From: an uncultured Lachnospiraceae bacterium
GTDB lineage: Bacteria; Bacillota; Clostridia; Lachnospirales; Lachnospiraceae
DNA length: 63,661 nt
Direction: 5' to 3'
Assembly: GCA_910585935.1 (NCBI GenBank)
Contig: CAJUHN010000001.1
Location: forward strand, 1-63,661
In this document: piece after piece, positions 28,937-38,741 of the stretch
How positions within the stretch are numbered: the stretch's first letter is position 1
Layout of the letters: every line of letters begins with the position of its first letter
Made by a program: the position numbers and the translations under genes
The notes under the pieces: generated by a model
Told to the model about the DNA's origin: nothing
Databases searched by the model: none
Seen by the model: only the letters and a program-made list of their open reading frames with translations

Positions 28937-29602
28937 TTATTTTTCTGCACTTGCCATCCAATATTCCACAATATTCCCTTTATCTGTTCTTCTTACCATA
29001 TCAATATTAATATTGTGAAATCCTGCTGCATTTAATAACTCTAATACTTCTTCTTTTTCAAAAAAGTGAACTGTTCCTCTTCCAGATAAAGCCCCTTCTG
29101 TTAAATCTTTAAATGTATTTTTTTCTAAAGAAAGCCCTGTTCCATATCCTGTTGTATTTGGTGTAAATAATCCTGTACTAAATAATTTTCCTCCCAAAAC
29201 TAATAGATCATAAATTTTCTTATACATCTCTGTTATATTTTTGATTGTATTCGCATAAACCACAGCAGAATCTATAATACAATCAAAAAATTCATTTTGA
29301 TAGGAAATATCTAATGCATCTGCTACTTCAAAATGTGCTTCCAAATTATCTTTTTCTAAATATGACTTCGCTTTGCTTATAGCAGAATCAGAACCATCAA
29401 AAGCAAAGGTATCAAACCCCTCTCTCGCTAAATACCATGTGTTTGCCCCTGCTCCACATCCAAAATCTAAAATTTTTATATTACTTCTCTCTTCTTTATA
29501 ATAATTTCTAGCTATAAATCGAATAATGTCCTCTGATGGATACTTTCCCCATTCTTGCGTTTTATGTATATCTTCCCATGTAGTATCAAATGATTTATTC
29601 AT
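28937..29602 (-). CDS. Class I SAM-dependent methyltransferase
   Basis: Motif I ILDFGCGAGANT. Confidence 0.75.
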   Translation of the reverse strand: MNKSFDTTWEDIHKTQEWGKYPSEDIIRFIARNYYKEERSNIKILDFGCGAGANTWYLAREGFDTFAFDGSDSAISKAKSYLEKDNLEAHFEVADALDISYQNEFFDCIIDSAVVYANTIKNITEMYKKIYDLLVLGGKLFSTGLFTPNTTGYGTGLSLEKNTFKDLTEGALSGRGTVHFFEKEEVLELLNAAGFHNINIDMVRRTDKGNIVEYWMASAEK

Positions 29603-29768
29603 TTTTTCTCCTTAATTATACTTTTTTATATAATAATATATATTGTTAATAGTTCCTAAAATTTTATGTATCTTCCATACCTAATAACAACAAAATTCAT
29701 AAATATCATTCCTAAAATCCTTCATTATCCTTTATGCAAAAAAAGTATACATTTTGCACAAAGCCTTC

Positions 29769-30452
29769 TTATTTCAAGTAATATTCTGCTCTATCAAAAT
29801 CTTCTTGATTATCAATATCCATGGATGCTTTTCTGCTCATGATATATGCAAAACATCTATTTTGATAAATGTCATAATCCTTTTCCATAATTTTTTTTGC
29901 GTCTACTATATAGATAGCACCATTTTCATGATATGTTTTTGGAAATTCTTGTCTTCTCATATTTCTATAGGGAGATTTAGAAAAATTAATCATGCTATTT
30001 CCATCTTCTAATGTAAAACACCATTGTGCTGGATGCTCCGTTTCACATACACTCACTACGGTTTCCGCATTTTTTTCTTGATATAAAGTGATAGCATTTG
30101 TAATATCATCTTTTGTTCTCAAAGGTGAGGTAGGTTGTAATAAAACACATTTATCAAAAACTATTCCCATTTTTTTATAATCTTCTAAGACTTGTTTCAC
30201 TACATCCCAAGAAGATGTATTATCTCCTGCTAATTCTTCTTTTCTTAAAAATGGAACACTTGCTCCATATCGACGGGATATTTCTGCGTAATGGAAAGAA
30301 TCTGTAGAAACCATTACTTCTTCAAATATTTTTGTTGTTAATGCTGCCTCTATCGTATAAGCGATTAAAGGTTTCTCATTTAATAGTTTTATATTTTTAT
30401 CTTTTAATCCCTTTGATCCACTTCTTGCAGGTATTATCGCTAAGTATTTCAT
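29769..30452 (-). CDS. CMP-nonulosonic acid synthetase (acylneuraminate cytidylyltransferase, NeuA/LegF-like)
   Basis: AIIPARSGSKGLKDKNI N-terminal signature. Confidence 0.85.
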   Translation of the reverse strand: MKYLAIIPARSGSKGLKDKNIKLLNEKPLIAYTIEAALTTKIFEEVMVSTDSFHYAEISRRYGASVPFLRKEELAGDNTSSWDVVKQVLEDYKKMGIVFDKCVLLQPTSPLRTKDDITNAITLYQEKNAETVVSVCETEHPAQWCFTLEDGNSMINFSKSPYRNMRRQEFPKTYHENGAIYIVDAKKIMEKDYDIYQNRCFAYIMSRKASMDIDNQEDFDRAEYYLK

Positions 30453-30464
30453 CTTTATCCCCTT

Positions 30465-31541
30465 TTACTCCGCCTGTAAATTTAATTTCTTTTCCATACG
30501 ACGCATTTCCTCAAATTCTCCCATATCCAAAAAAGAATCTTCACTGATAGGATACATTCCTACTTTTTTATTCTCTTTCAATAATTGTGCGGCTAAATCT
30601 GTCATATGATAAAACGTATTTTCTGGAATTTTATGGATAACTTCTGGATTAATAATATACATTCCAGTATTGACAAAATAAGATAATTTGGGTTTTTCTT
30701 CCATAGAAATTATTGTTCCATTTTCTTTGGACTGAATCACTCCATAGGGCACTATAATATTTTTTAAGGCAGATACTATTGTCATATCATTTTGAGCAAA
30801 AATATGATATTTATAGATATCCGCATAATCACCATCTATTAAAATATCACAATTTGTAACTATCATCGGCTGATCAAATCTTTCTTTTATTAACCGCAGA
30901 CTTCCGCCTGTCCCTAATGGGTGATTTTCTTCTACATAATGAATAGAATATCCTCCATTAATTTCAGAAAAATAAGACTTTATCATACTCTTTCTATAAT
31001 TTAATGTGACATAAAAATTATGTACGCCATATTCATTAAAACGATTTATAATCCGTTCCATAATAGGAATATCACCAATAGGAATCAACGGCTTTGGCAA
31101 TATCTTTGTGTAAGGATAAAGTCTTGTTCCTTTTCCACCTGCCATAATGACTACTGGTACATCTGTAAGAGTCACTTTATCTATCTTATCCTCTTTTGCC
31201 GTTCCAAAACTTTTAAATATGATATCTATTATTTTTTCTTGTGAATCTACAATAGGCAGAGCTGTAATACTATATTTTTCTAAATATTTTTCTGCTTCTT
31301 CTCTATTTTTTTTATATAATATCTTTGGATTCCGATTCATAATTCCCTGTATTATTCCATGTAAATCTGCTGTCTTTATTAACCATCTTCTTATATCGCC
31401 ATCTGTTAGAGTTCCTACTACTTGTTCTTTTTCATTTAATACAAATACAATTCCCTTTGCATTTTTATCTATTTTCTGTAAGGCATCTACGACTGTTTCT
31501 GTTTCCATAATTACATATTGATTTAATTCTTCTTTAGTCAT
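30465..31541 (-). CDS. CBS-pair plus sugar-1-phosphate nucleotidyltransferase (PtmE-like)
   Basis: N-terminal tandem CBS region followed by VIMAGGKGTRLYPYT. Confidence 0.8.
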   Translation of the reverse strand: MTKEELNQYVIMETETVVDALQKIDKNAKGIVFVLNEKEQVVGTLTDGDIRRWLIKTADLHGIIQGIMNRNPKILYKKNREEAEKYLEKYSITALPIVDSQEKIIDIIFKSFGTAKEDKIDKVTLTDVPVVIMAGGKGTRLYPYTKILPKPLIPIGDIPIMERIINRFNEYGVHNFYVTLNYRKSMIKSYFSEINGGYSIHYVEENHPLGTGGSLRLIKERFDQPMIVTNCDILIDGDYADIYKYHIFAQNDMTIVSALKNIIVPYGVIQSKENGTIISMEEKPKLSYFVNTGMYIINPEVIHKIPENTFYHMTDLAAQLLKENKKVGMYPISEDSFLDMGEFEEMRRMEKKLNLQAE

Positions 31542-32719
31542 TTTCTGCCCCCCTCACAAAGATTTTTTATATTTTCTGAAACATATGCGATCTCTTCTTC
31601 TGTAATATTGGTGCTACATGGAATATTTAATATCCTCTGTTTATAGAATAATGCCTGTTCTATCTGATATGTAATGCAATTTTTATATGGTAATTGCTCA
31701 TGGATTAATCCCCAAATAGGACGTGTCATAATTCCTTTTTCTTTTAACTTTGTGATAAAATACTCCAGTGATTTTTGGACAATATCCTTTTCTATCACTA
31801 AAGAATAAAACCATTTATTGGAAAGTATTTCTTTTCTAAATGGTAAAAGATGTACTGTTTTACATTCTTCTAAGTATTTTTTATATAATTCAAAATTTTG
31901 ATTTTTTCTTCTAATAAATTCTGGCAGTTCTTCCATCTGTGCTACTCCTAGAGCTGCCTGTAAATTTGTCATTCTATAATTATAACCGATTTCATTATGC
32001 ACATAGTATAGAGTATCGTCTTTTGCCTGTGTAGATAAATATTTTATATGTTTTAAATCCTTCTCAGAAGAGGCTATGATCATTCCGCCTCCTCCTGTAG
32101 TAATTATTTTATTTCCATTAAAAGAAAATACTCCAAAATCTCCTATTGTTCCTGCATATTTTCCCTTATATTCTCCTGTTGTATAGACTGTTCCTAAAGC
32201 TTCTGTAGCGTCTTCTATTACTTTTAATTTGTATTTTTTTGCAATCTCCATAATCGCTTCCATATCTGCCATATTTCCAAAAACATGTACTACTACAACA
32301 GCTTTTATTATTCTTTCTGTTTTTTTATAAATCAGATTTTCTTCTTTTATATAACATTCTTGCTCACAAAAAATTTTGAGCTTTTTGGCGTCTAAACATA
32401 AGCTATCGTCACAATCCATAAAAATCGGTTCTGCAAACTGATAATGTACAGGATTTACTGCTGCTATAAAAGTCAAAGTAGGCACTATTACATAGTCATT
32501 AGGTTGTACACCTGCCTCTATCATAGCTAAATGTAAACCTGCTGTTCCGCTTTGACATGCCACAGCAGAAGGCACTTTTAAAAATTGAGCTATACTTTCT
32601 TCTAATTGATTAATATAAGCGCCACCTGTAGAAACCCAGCCCTCTTCTAATGCTTTATCTACATATAACTTTTCATTTCCCTCAAAATTAGGGATTGATA
32701 GTGGAATTATTTTATCCAT
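31538..32719 (-). CDS. DegT-family nucleotide-sugar aminotransferase (LegC/PglE-like)
   Basis: FSFNGNKIITTGGGGM PLP-lysine block; 393 aa. Confidence 0.85.
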   Translation of the reverse strand: MDKIIPLSIPNFEGNEKLYVDKALEEGWVSTGGAYINQLEESIAQFLKVPSAVACQSGTAGLHLAMIEAGVQPNDYVIVPTLTFIAAVNPVHYQFAEPIFMDCDDSLCLDAKKLKIFCEQECYIKEENLIYKKTERIIKAVVVVHVFGNMADMEAIMEIAKKYKLKVIEDATEALGTVYTTGEYKGKYAGTIGDFGVFSFNGNKIITTGGGGMIIASSEKDLKHIKYLSTQAKDDTLYYVHNEIGYNYRMTNLQAALGVAQMEELPEFIRRKNQNFELYKKYLEECKTVHLLPFRKEILSNKWFYSLVIEKDIVQKSLEYFITKLKEKGIMTRPIWGLIHEQLPYKNCITYQIEQALFYKQRILNIPCSTNITEEEIAYVSENIKNLCEGGRK

Positions 32720-32758
32720 CGCGTGCCTCCTTATCCTTATGCTTTCGATTTTTTTTAC

Positions 32759-33733
32759 TTATAAATTATAAATATCCGCCTTATATGACTTTAAATTTTC
32801 TTTTATCCATGTGATTGTTTCTTGAATCCCTTGTTTTAAAGAATACTTAGGTGTCCAATCTGTTAGCTCTAATATTTTTTTATTACAGCCTAATAAACGA
32901 TTTACTTCACTCTTTTCTGGTCTCAGGCGCTCTTCTTCGCAGATTATCTTAGCATTAGGATTAATCTGTTCTATGATTTCTTTTGCCAATTCTCCAATAG
33001 AAATTTCTTTTTGCGTTGCAATGTTGATTTCTTCTCCTATGGTTTTGTCTGATTTAAAAATTTCATAAAAACCATTTACCGTATCTTTTACATAATTAAA
33101 ATCTCTTGTTGGAGTGAGAGAACCTAATTTTATTTCTTGATATCCATTTAAAAGTTGTGTGATAATTGTGGGGATAACAGCACGCGCAGATTGTCTTGGT
33201 CCATAGGTATTAAATGGTCGAACAATGGTAACTGGTAATTCAAAACTTCGATAAAAACTCTCTGCTAATCTATCTGCTCCTATTTTGGTAGCAGAATAAG
33301 GAGATTGTCCTTGAAAAGGGTGTTTTTCATCAATAGGAATATATTGTGCTGTACCATACACTTCTGATGTAGATGTCACTAATACTCTAGTTCCTAAATC
33401 TCTAGCCGCTTGTAATACATTTAACGTTCCTTTTATATTAGTATCTACATAGGAATCTGGAGAATGATAACTAAATGGAATAGCGATTAAAGCTGCCAGA
33501 TGAAATACCACATCAATTCCTTTCATCGCTTGTCTTACTCCATTAGGATCTCTGATATCTCCAGAAAAGATTTCTATTTGTTTTTGTTTTTCTTTTGGAA
33601 AAGAATCAATCCAGCCCCAAGTATTAAAAGAATTATAATACGTAAAAGCTTTTACTTCTAATCCCTTATCTATTAAATGCTCTACTAAATGACTTCCAAT
33701 AAATCCATCTGCTCCTGTAACTAATGCTTTCAT
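32759..33733 (-). CDS. NAD-dependent nucleotide-sugar 4,6-dehydratase (LegB/RmlB-like)
   Basis: VTGADGFIGSH and YSATKIGAD. I placed the start at the ATG at 33733, preceded by AGGAGG; the ORF track start is 33763. Confidence 0.8.
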   Translation of the reverse strand: MKALVTGADGFIGSHLVEHLIDKGLEVKAFTYYNSFNTWGWIDSFPKEKQKQIEIFSGDIRDPNGVRQAMKGIDVVFHLAALIAIPFSYHSPDSYVDTNIKGTLNVLQAARDLGTRVLVTSTSEVYGTAQYIPIDEKHPFQGQSPYSATKIGADRLAESFYRSFELPVTIVRPFNTYGPRQSARAVIPTIITQLLNGYQEIKLGSLTPTRDFNYVKDTVNGFYEIFKSDKTIGEEINIATQKEISIGELAKEIIEQINPNAKIICEEERLRPEKSEVNRLLGCNKKILELTDWTPKYSLKQGIQETITWIKENLKSYKADIYNL

Positions 33734-33794
33734 TTTTGTCCTCCTGTGCAAATTTATACACAAAAAATAACCGCTATATTAAATCTTTAATATA

Positions 33795-34232
33795 TCATGC
33801 AGTTTGTTCTATTCTATTATTTTCATATCTGGAATTTATGCAAGATAATATATCATCTCTATAGAGTACACTTTCATTAAGAATTTTAGTAGAATTAAAT
33901 TTCTTATATTTGTTATGCATATTTTTTCCTCCATGAAATATAAATGCTATTTTATATATCGGCTTTTTTCTTATATTCATTAATCTCTTTTTACTTTTTA
34001 TATATATTCCCAGTTCAAAGATAATTTTCCATGATTTTAAAACCAATTCATCTTTTAACTGTATCATTATGAATCTAAATAAATATTTATTTTGATGATT
34101 TTTTTCCTTTAAATAATAAAAAAGTTCCAAACTCATGATTCTGATTCTAAAAACATGATGGAACTTTTCTAACATATTAAAAATATAATAAGTATTATCA
34201 AAAATTTCTTTTTCAATTTCAAATTTTATCAC
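33795..34232 (-). CDS. Hypothetical basic protein (145 aa)
   Basis: An open frame in a very AT-rich stretch, with no recognisable motif. Confidence 0.3.
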   Translation of the reverse strand: MIKFEIEKEIFDNTYYIFNMLEKFHHVFRIRIMSLELFYYLKEKNHQNKYLFRFIMIQLKDELVLKSWKIIFELGIYIKSKKRLMNIRKKPIYKIAFIFHGGKNMHNKYKKFNSTKILNESVLYRDDILSCINSRYENNRIEQTA

Positions 34233-34258
34233 TACTTAAAAAATCTCTTTTTAATAAT

Positions 34259-34645
34259 TTATGCTTCTCCCTTTTGCTCATTCAATACAGTTTGTATTAT
34301 CTCTTCTACCTTTGTAAATTCCGGCAAAATATCCTTTTCAAAACTATCGGCAATCTCTTTATCTTCTCCTGTTTTTAGTGCTTCTCCTAATTTTAATACT
34401 TGCTGATTCACTTCATTTTTATTGATTCTTTCTTCTTTTTGATTTATCAAAGATAATGTTCCATTTAAAATTTGTATTTCCCAATTTAATCCTTCTATAA
34501 TCTTTTTTTGAAATTCATCCGTATCATCTTTTCTTTGTTCACGTAATTCTGATAATAACATGTTGATACTATTCATTAATTTTTTATTATATTCTATATA
34601 TACCTCTAATGCTTCTTTTTGTTCTGCATTTAAATTATTATCCAT
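34259..34645 (-). CDS. Hypothetical helical acidic protein (128 aa) downstream of maf
   Basis: ORF with coiled-coil-like composition and no recognisable motif. Confidence 0.5.
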   Translation of the reverse strand: MDNNLNAEQKEALEVYIEYNKKLMNSINMLLSELREQRKDDTDEFQKKIIEGLNWEIQILNGTLSLINQKEERINKNEVNQQVLKLGEALKTGEDKEIADSFEKDILPEFTKVEEIIQTVLNEQKGEA

Positions 34646-34680
34646 GATAAAACTCCTTTTGTTTATTTTAATTTTATACT

Positions 34681-36540
34681 TTATTGAATATTACATACTG
34701 TTTCTTCTACTAATGGCAAAAGTATATCAACACATTTTATAATATTAAGCATCATAGCTCTACCATTAGTAGCGACTTTACATACTTCCTCTTCAAATAC
34801 ATCTTCATGACAAAACATTTCTCTTCTAATTACATAATTCATAGGAGCTATACAATCATAAACTAATTTCCAAGTTATATTGACTTCTATTTCATACTGT
34901 AATTTACTAATCTTTTTTAGAATTTTAGTATAATTTTCCTTCTCTTTATTTCCTTTCTCACCTAGTTTTTTTAAGCTACTATATAATTTTATTCCTTTTC
35001 CTGCATTTTTCTTAATATCTAATAGATTCTTTTTTGTATTATGTAAATATTCTATCATTTTAGGTCTATCTATTTCTTCAAATATCGGCGGTATTTTTTC
35101 TATTTCTTCCTTTATATTCACCTCCTTTATACAATATTTTTCTATACATTCCTTTAAAGGTATTCTCTCTGTATTTTCTATTTTCGCTCCGCCTTCTGTA
35201 GCGTCTATTACATTTATCTGATACTTATCTTTCGCTCTTTTAATATAGCCATTAAACCACTCTAAATATATTTTAAAATCTCCTCTAGTAGGAACCTTAT
35301 CTCCATAATATCCTTCTACTTTTATCGATTTACTGGTGTCTATTGTTTCCATTACTTCCTTAAATGTTCCATCTGCATGTGTTTTATTATCTGTTAATGC
35401 TAAATCCTGACCTACTAAAATAATAGTAGAATATTCTAAATGAACAAGCAAAGATAGCGCTGTTGTTGCTACAGAACCTCCTATATCCAGTCCATAAAAT
35501 ATTTTCCCTATAGTATCAAATATTCCATTTATGTATGGCTGTTCTTCTCTAAAAAAAAATTTTTTTCCCTTATGATAATCTGCAATCTCACAGGAAGAGC
35601 TTATGGACATCAATAGTGGTATATTTTGAGCTCCTTCTATTTCAAATAACATTTTGGGCTTTTCTCCATCTACCATCACCATTAAATCTGGTTCAATTCC
35701 AGCCTTTAAAAGAGGTTTCACCGCTGTATCAGTAGCTACAATAAATGCTTTATTTTTCGCTTTCTTTAATTCCATTATATTTTTATTTAAAGAAGGACCT
35801 GCTGAAACTAATATAGCTGGAATATCATTTGGTAAAACATCCATTAACTGTCGTGCCTGATAATTATCACAAAGATATTTTATATTATTTAATATATTCT
35901 TTACAGTAATACTAGAAAATAACATAATAGTATTTTCTAATGTCATTACAAATCTAACTCTACGTTCTACTTTAGAAAGAAAATCTACTATTTCCTTAGA
36001 ATATAATTCTTCATAATTTGGCTGAATATACTCTTTCAAAAAAGATATATTATTAAAAACAATATAACTATTAATAATGCCTTCTGCTTCTTCCTCATTT
36101 AATCCATCTATTATAAAACCAATCGGTCTATTTTCAAATAATTCTGTGATATCAATCTCTTGTAAAACTTTTAAAAATAACGATAGTGATGGCTCATAAA
36201 CTGCTATATTTACTGTTTTCTCTGTCTTTCTAAGAAGTTCTTTTATAAATAAACCATTCCCTAATCCGACAATAAATATAGGAGCCATATAATTTATATC
36301 TCCTAATTTTTCTATTTCTTGTTGTACAAATTTTTTGGGAGCATACCTTCCATTTAAATATAATTTTCTTTTATTCTTTTCAATAGATATTATTTTTGTT
36401 CCATCCTTTGCATACTCAAAACTTTCTTCTATCTGATCTTCTCTATCATCTTTATATTTTTTATTTTCTATTATATATGCTAACCCTTCATATCTCTCTT
36501 TCAATGCTTTCATATTTCTTTCATATATAATATTATCCAT
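34681..36540 (-). CDS. Motility-associated factor (Maf/DUF115) flagellin nonulosonic-acid glycosyltransferase
   Basis: AILVSAGPSLNKN ... FIVATDTAVKPLLKAGIEPDLMVMVD core typical of Maf/MptE-like proteins. It lies adjacent to fliC. Confidence 0.75.
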   Translation of the reverse strand: MDNIIYERNMKALKERYEGLAYIIENKKYKDDREDQIEESFEYAKDGTKIISIEKNKRKLYLNGRYAPKKFVQQEIEKLGDINYMAPIFIVGLGNGLFIKELLRKTEKTVNIAVYEPSLSLFLKVLQEIDITELFENRPIGFIIDGLNEEEAEGIINSYIVFNNISFLKEYIQPNYEELYSKEIVDFLSKVERRVRFVMTLENTIMLFSSITVKNILNNIKYLCDNYQARQLMDVLPNDIPAILVSAGPSLNKNIMELKKAKNKAFIVATDTAVKPLLKAGIEPDLMVMVDGEKPKMLFEIEGAQNIPLLMSISSSCEIADYHKGKKFFFREEQPYINGIFDTIGKIFYGLDIGGSVATTALSLLVHLEYSTIILVGQDLALTDNKTHADGTFKEVMETIDTSKSIKVEGYYGDKVPTRGDFKIYLEWFNGYIKRAKDKYQINVIDATEGGAKIENTERIPLKECIEKYCIKEVNIKEEIEKIPPIFEEIDRPKMIEYLHNTKKNLLDIKKNAGKGIKLYSSLKKLGEKGNKEKENYTKILKKISKLQYEIEVNITWKLVYDCIAPMNYVIRREMFCHEDVFEEEVCKVATNGRAMMLNIIKCVDILLPLVEETVCNIQ

Positions 36541-36543
36541 CCT

Positions 36544-36819
36544 CTATTTCTCCATCTCCTGTTTTAACAATTCCATCTTTTCTAAATATGGTATTAAGGC
36601 ATATTCCAAGCAATCTAAAAGTAAAACTTTATCTTCCTGTTCAATACCATTTAGATAATTTGTCATTATTTCAAACCACTCTTTTTTATCATTTTCTTTC
36701 AAGTCACTTTGTATTATAATTTTTGTTACCTCTTGTAATTGATTTAATTCTTGCCGCAAATCCTGAACTAATGTTTTAGATTTTGTTTGATGTGCCTTTT
36801 CACAAATTTCCTTTAACAT
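36544..36819 (-). CDS. Hypothetical helical protein (91 aa) between fliC and maf
   Basis: ORF ending 4 nt before the maf start, with no recognisable motif. Confidence 0.5.
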   Translation of the reverse strand: MLKEICEKAHQTKSKTLVQDLRQELNQLQEVTKIIIQSDLKENDKKEWFEIMTNYLNGIEQEDKVLLLDCLEYALIPYLEKMELLKQEMEK

Positions 36820-36842
36820 TCTATTTTTCTCCCATTCTTATC

Positions 36843-36886
36843 AAATAAAAATATAGAAGGTTGACAAAGATGCCAGCCTTCTATAT
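36843..36886 (-). terminator. Intrinsic terminator of fliC
   Basis: On the minus strand: ATATAGAAGG, a 16-nt loop, CCTTCTATAT, then TTTTATTT. Confidence 0.7.
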
Positions 36887-36898
36887 TTAATTTATTTA

Positions 36899-38158
36899 TT
36901 ATTGTAATAAAGATAATACACCTTGTGTAGATTGATTTGCTTGAGCAAGCATTGACTGTCCTGCCTGAGTTAAAATACTATTTTTACTATATTCAACCAT
37001 CATCTTAGCCATATCTGTATCACGAATACGAGATTCAGCAGCAGATGTATTTTCAGAAACAGTATCCAAGTTAGCAACTGTATGTTCCAATCTATTCTGT
37101 AATGCTCCTAAAGCAGAACGTTGTTCTGAAACACTGTTAATCGCATTCTGGATTTTAGTAATAGTTGTATTAGCTGTATCATAATCATCTACTCTACAAC
37201 CATATGCTTCTTTTTTCTTTCCTGTTGTTTCACTCTTTGTTCCTGTCCATTCTTTAACATTCACATAAGCTGCTGTACTTGTTTTCAAATTTGCACTTGC
37301 TTGAGCATACATTGATGAAAGAGCTACCTCAAATGCTGAGGCTTGAGTGTCACATACAGTCGATACTCCTGGTTGACTAAATACTACCCATACTTGACTA
37401 GCATTAGTAGATCCAGCTGATCCCGTCCATCTTATTTGATAATCTTGACTTTCCTTCAAATCAGCAAAAGTTGTATATTTTCCACTTATATTGCCCCAAG
37501 CTTCCATTTTAGCATTACTTGCATTCTGGGCAAGAGTTGTAGTAGTATCATAGCTTATATTTACATTATACTTATCATAAACAATATTTTGAGCTTGTGA
37601 ATGACTAACTACTGTATTTGACATAACATCTACTTGTACTTTTCCTAAACCAAGTGCATCTGCATTCATTGCCTTAATAGAGATTTCTATATTCTGATTT
37701 GCATTAGCTCCTACCTGTAACTTCTTGTTATTAAATGAACCATCTAATAACTCTTGTTTATTAAATTGTGTAGTCTGTGCAATTCTATCTAATTCATCTG
37801 TTAAAGCTGCTAATTCTTTATTAATAGCATCTCTATCAATTTCTTGGTTAGTATCGTTAGCTCCTTGTACTGCTAATTCATTCATTCTTTGTAAGATAGA
37901 ATGAGCTTCATTTAAAGCACCTTCAGCAGATTGAATTAAAGAAATACCATCTTGAGCATTTGTAGAAGCTTTATCAAGACCTCTGATTTGGCTTCTCATT
38001 TTTTCAGAAATTGTCAAACCTGCTGCATCATCACCAGCACGGTTAATTCTATAACCAGAAGATAATTTTTCTGTAGCTTTTGCCTGAGCACCAGCTGTAA
38101 CACCTAATTGTCTATTAGCATTCATCGCTGTCATATTATGTTGTACTACTAATCCCAT
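36899..38158 (-). CDS. fliC: Flagellin
   Basis: Conserved N-terminus MGLVVQHNMTAMNANRQLG..KLSSGYRINRAGDDAAGLTISEKMRSQIRGL and C-terminus LQNRLEHT..SRIRDTDMAKEMV-like. The variable centre is Ser/Thr-rich. Confidence 0.95.
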   Translation of the reverse strand: MGLVVQHNMTAMNANRQLGVTAGAQAKATEKLSSGYRINRAGDDAAGLTISEKMRSQIRGLDKASTNAQDGISLIQSAEGALNEAHSILQRMNELAVQGANDTNQEIDRDAINKELAALTDELDRIAQTTQFNKQELLDGSFNNKKLQVGANANQNIEISIKAMNADALGLGKVQVDVMSNTVVSHSQAQNIVYDKYNVNISYDTTTTLAQNASNAKMEAWGNISGKYTTFADLKESQDYQIRWTGSAGSTNASQVWVVFSQPGVSTVCDTQASAFEVALSSMYAQASANLKTSTAAYVNVKEWTGTKSETTGKKKEAYGCRVDDYDTANTTITKIQNAINSVSEQRSALGALQNRLEHTVANLDTVSENTSAAESRIRDTDMAKMMVEYSKNSILTQAGQSMLAQANQSTQGVLSLLQ

Positions 38159-38166
38159 ATTAAATT

Positions 38167-38198
38167 CCTCCTTGAAATTTATTACAGCATCCTTGCTG
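38167..38198 (-). promoter_or_regulatory. Two candidate CsrA-binding GGA sites in the fliC leader (hairpin loop plus SD)
   Basis: On the minus strand, CAGCA-AGGA-TGCTG (38198-38185) presents AGGA in a tetraloop. The SD AAGGAGG (38173-38167) lies 8 nt before the ATG. Confidence 0.6.
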
Positions 38199-38279
38199 TT
38201 TTATTTTTCTAAACGAAAGAAAGTAACCATTAGCCGTACGCTCTAACTATGTTATCTTTCTTTTGTTCTAACACCTTAT

Positions 38280-38306
38280 ATATCGGTTATTTTTTTTATT
38301 ACTTTA
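38280..38306 (-). promoter_or_regulatory. SigD (sigma-28)-type promoter of fliC
   Basis: On the minus strand, TAAA-N15-ACCGATAT, against the consensus TAAA-N15-GCCGATAT. Confidence 0.7.
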
Positions 38307-38335
38307 GCATAATTTTAAAATTTTTTAATTTAATT

Positions 38336-38719
38336 TTATGCTGTCTGTGTTTTAGCTCGTTTCATGACTTCTTTCCATGTATCTCTCATCTCTCTGAGAT
38401 ATCCCAACACCTCTTCTAGAATTTCTTTATCCTTTTTCATATTCGCTTCTATCAAACTATCCATTAAATAATTATAAACATTTTCAAAATCTTTTGCTAC
38501 AGGATATTTATGATTTAAAGTAGCGATAAACTCTCCAATAATATTTTCTACTTTTACAATATTATTATGAGCTTTTTCTATATCATTCTCTTCCACTCCT
38601 ATAATGGCTATATTGCAGAACTTAATCGCTCCTTCATATAACATCAGTGTCAATTCCGCTGGTGTAGCTGTCATAATGCGGTTTGTATTATACGCTGAAT
38701 ATCCAGAATTAATTGCCAT
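38336..38719 (-). CDS. fliS: Flagellar export chaperone FliS
   Basis: 127 aa. N-terminus YNTNRIMTATPAELTLMLYEGAIKF. Confidence 0.9.
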   Translation of the reverse strand: MAINSGYSAYNTNRIMTATPAELTLMLYEGAIKFCNIAIIGVEENDIEKAHNNIVKVENIIGEFIATLNHKYPVAKDFENVYNYLMDSLIEANMKKDKEILEEVLGYLREMRDTWKEVMKRAKTQTA

Positions 38720-38741
38720 ATATTCCTCCTAATAAACTGTC

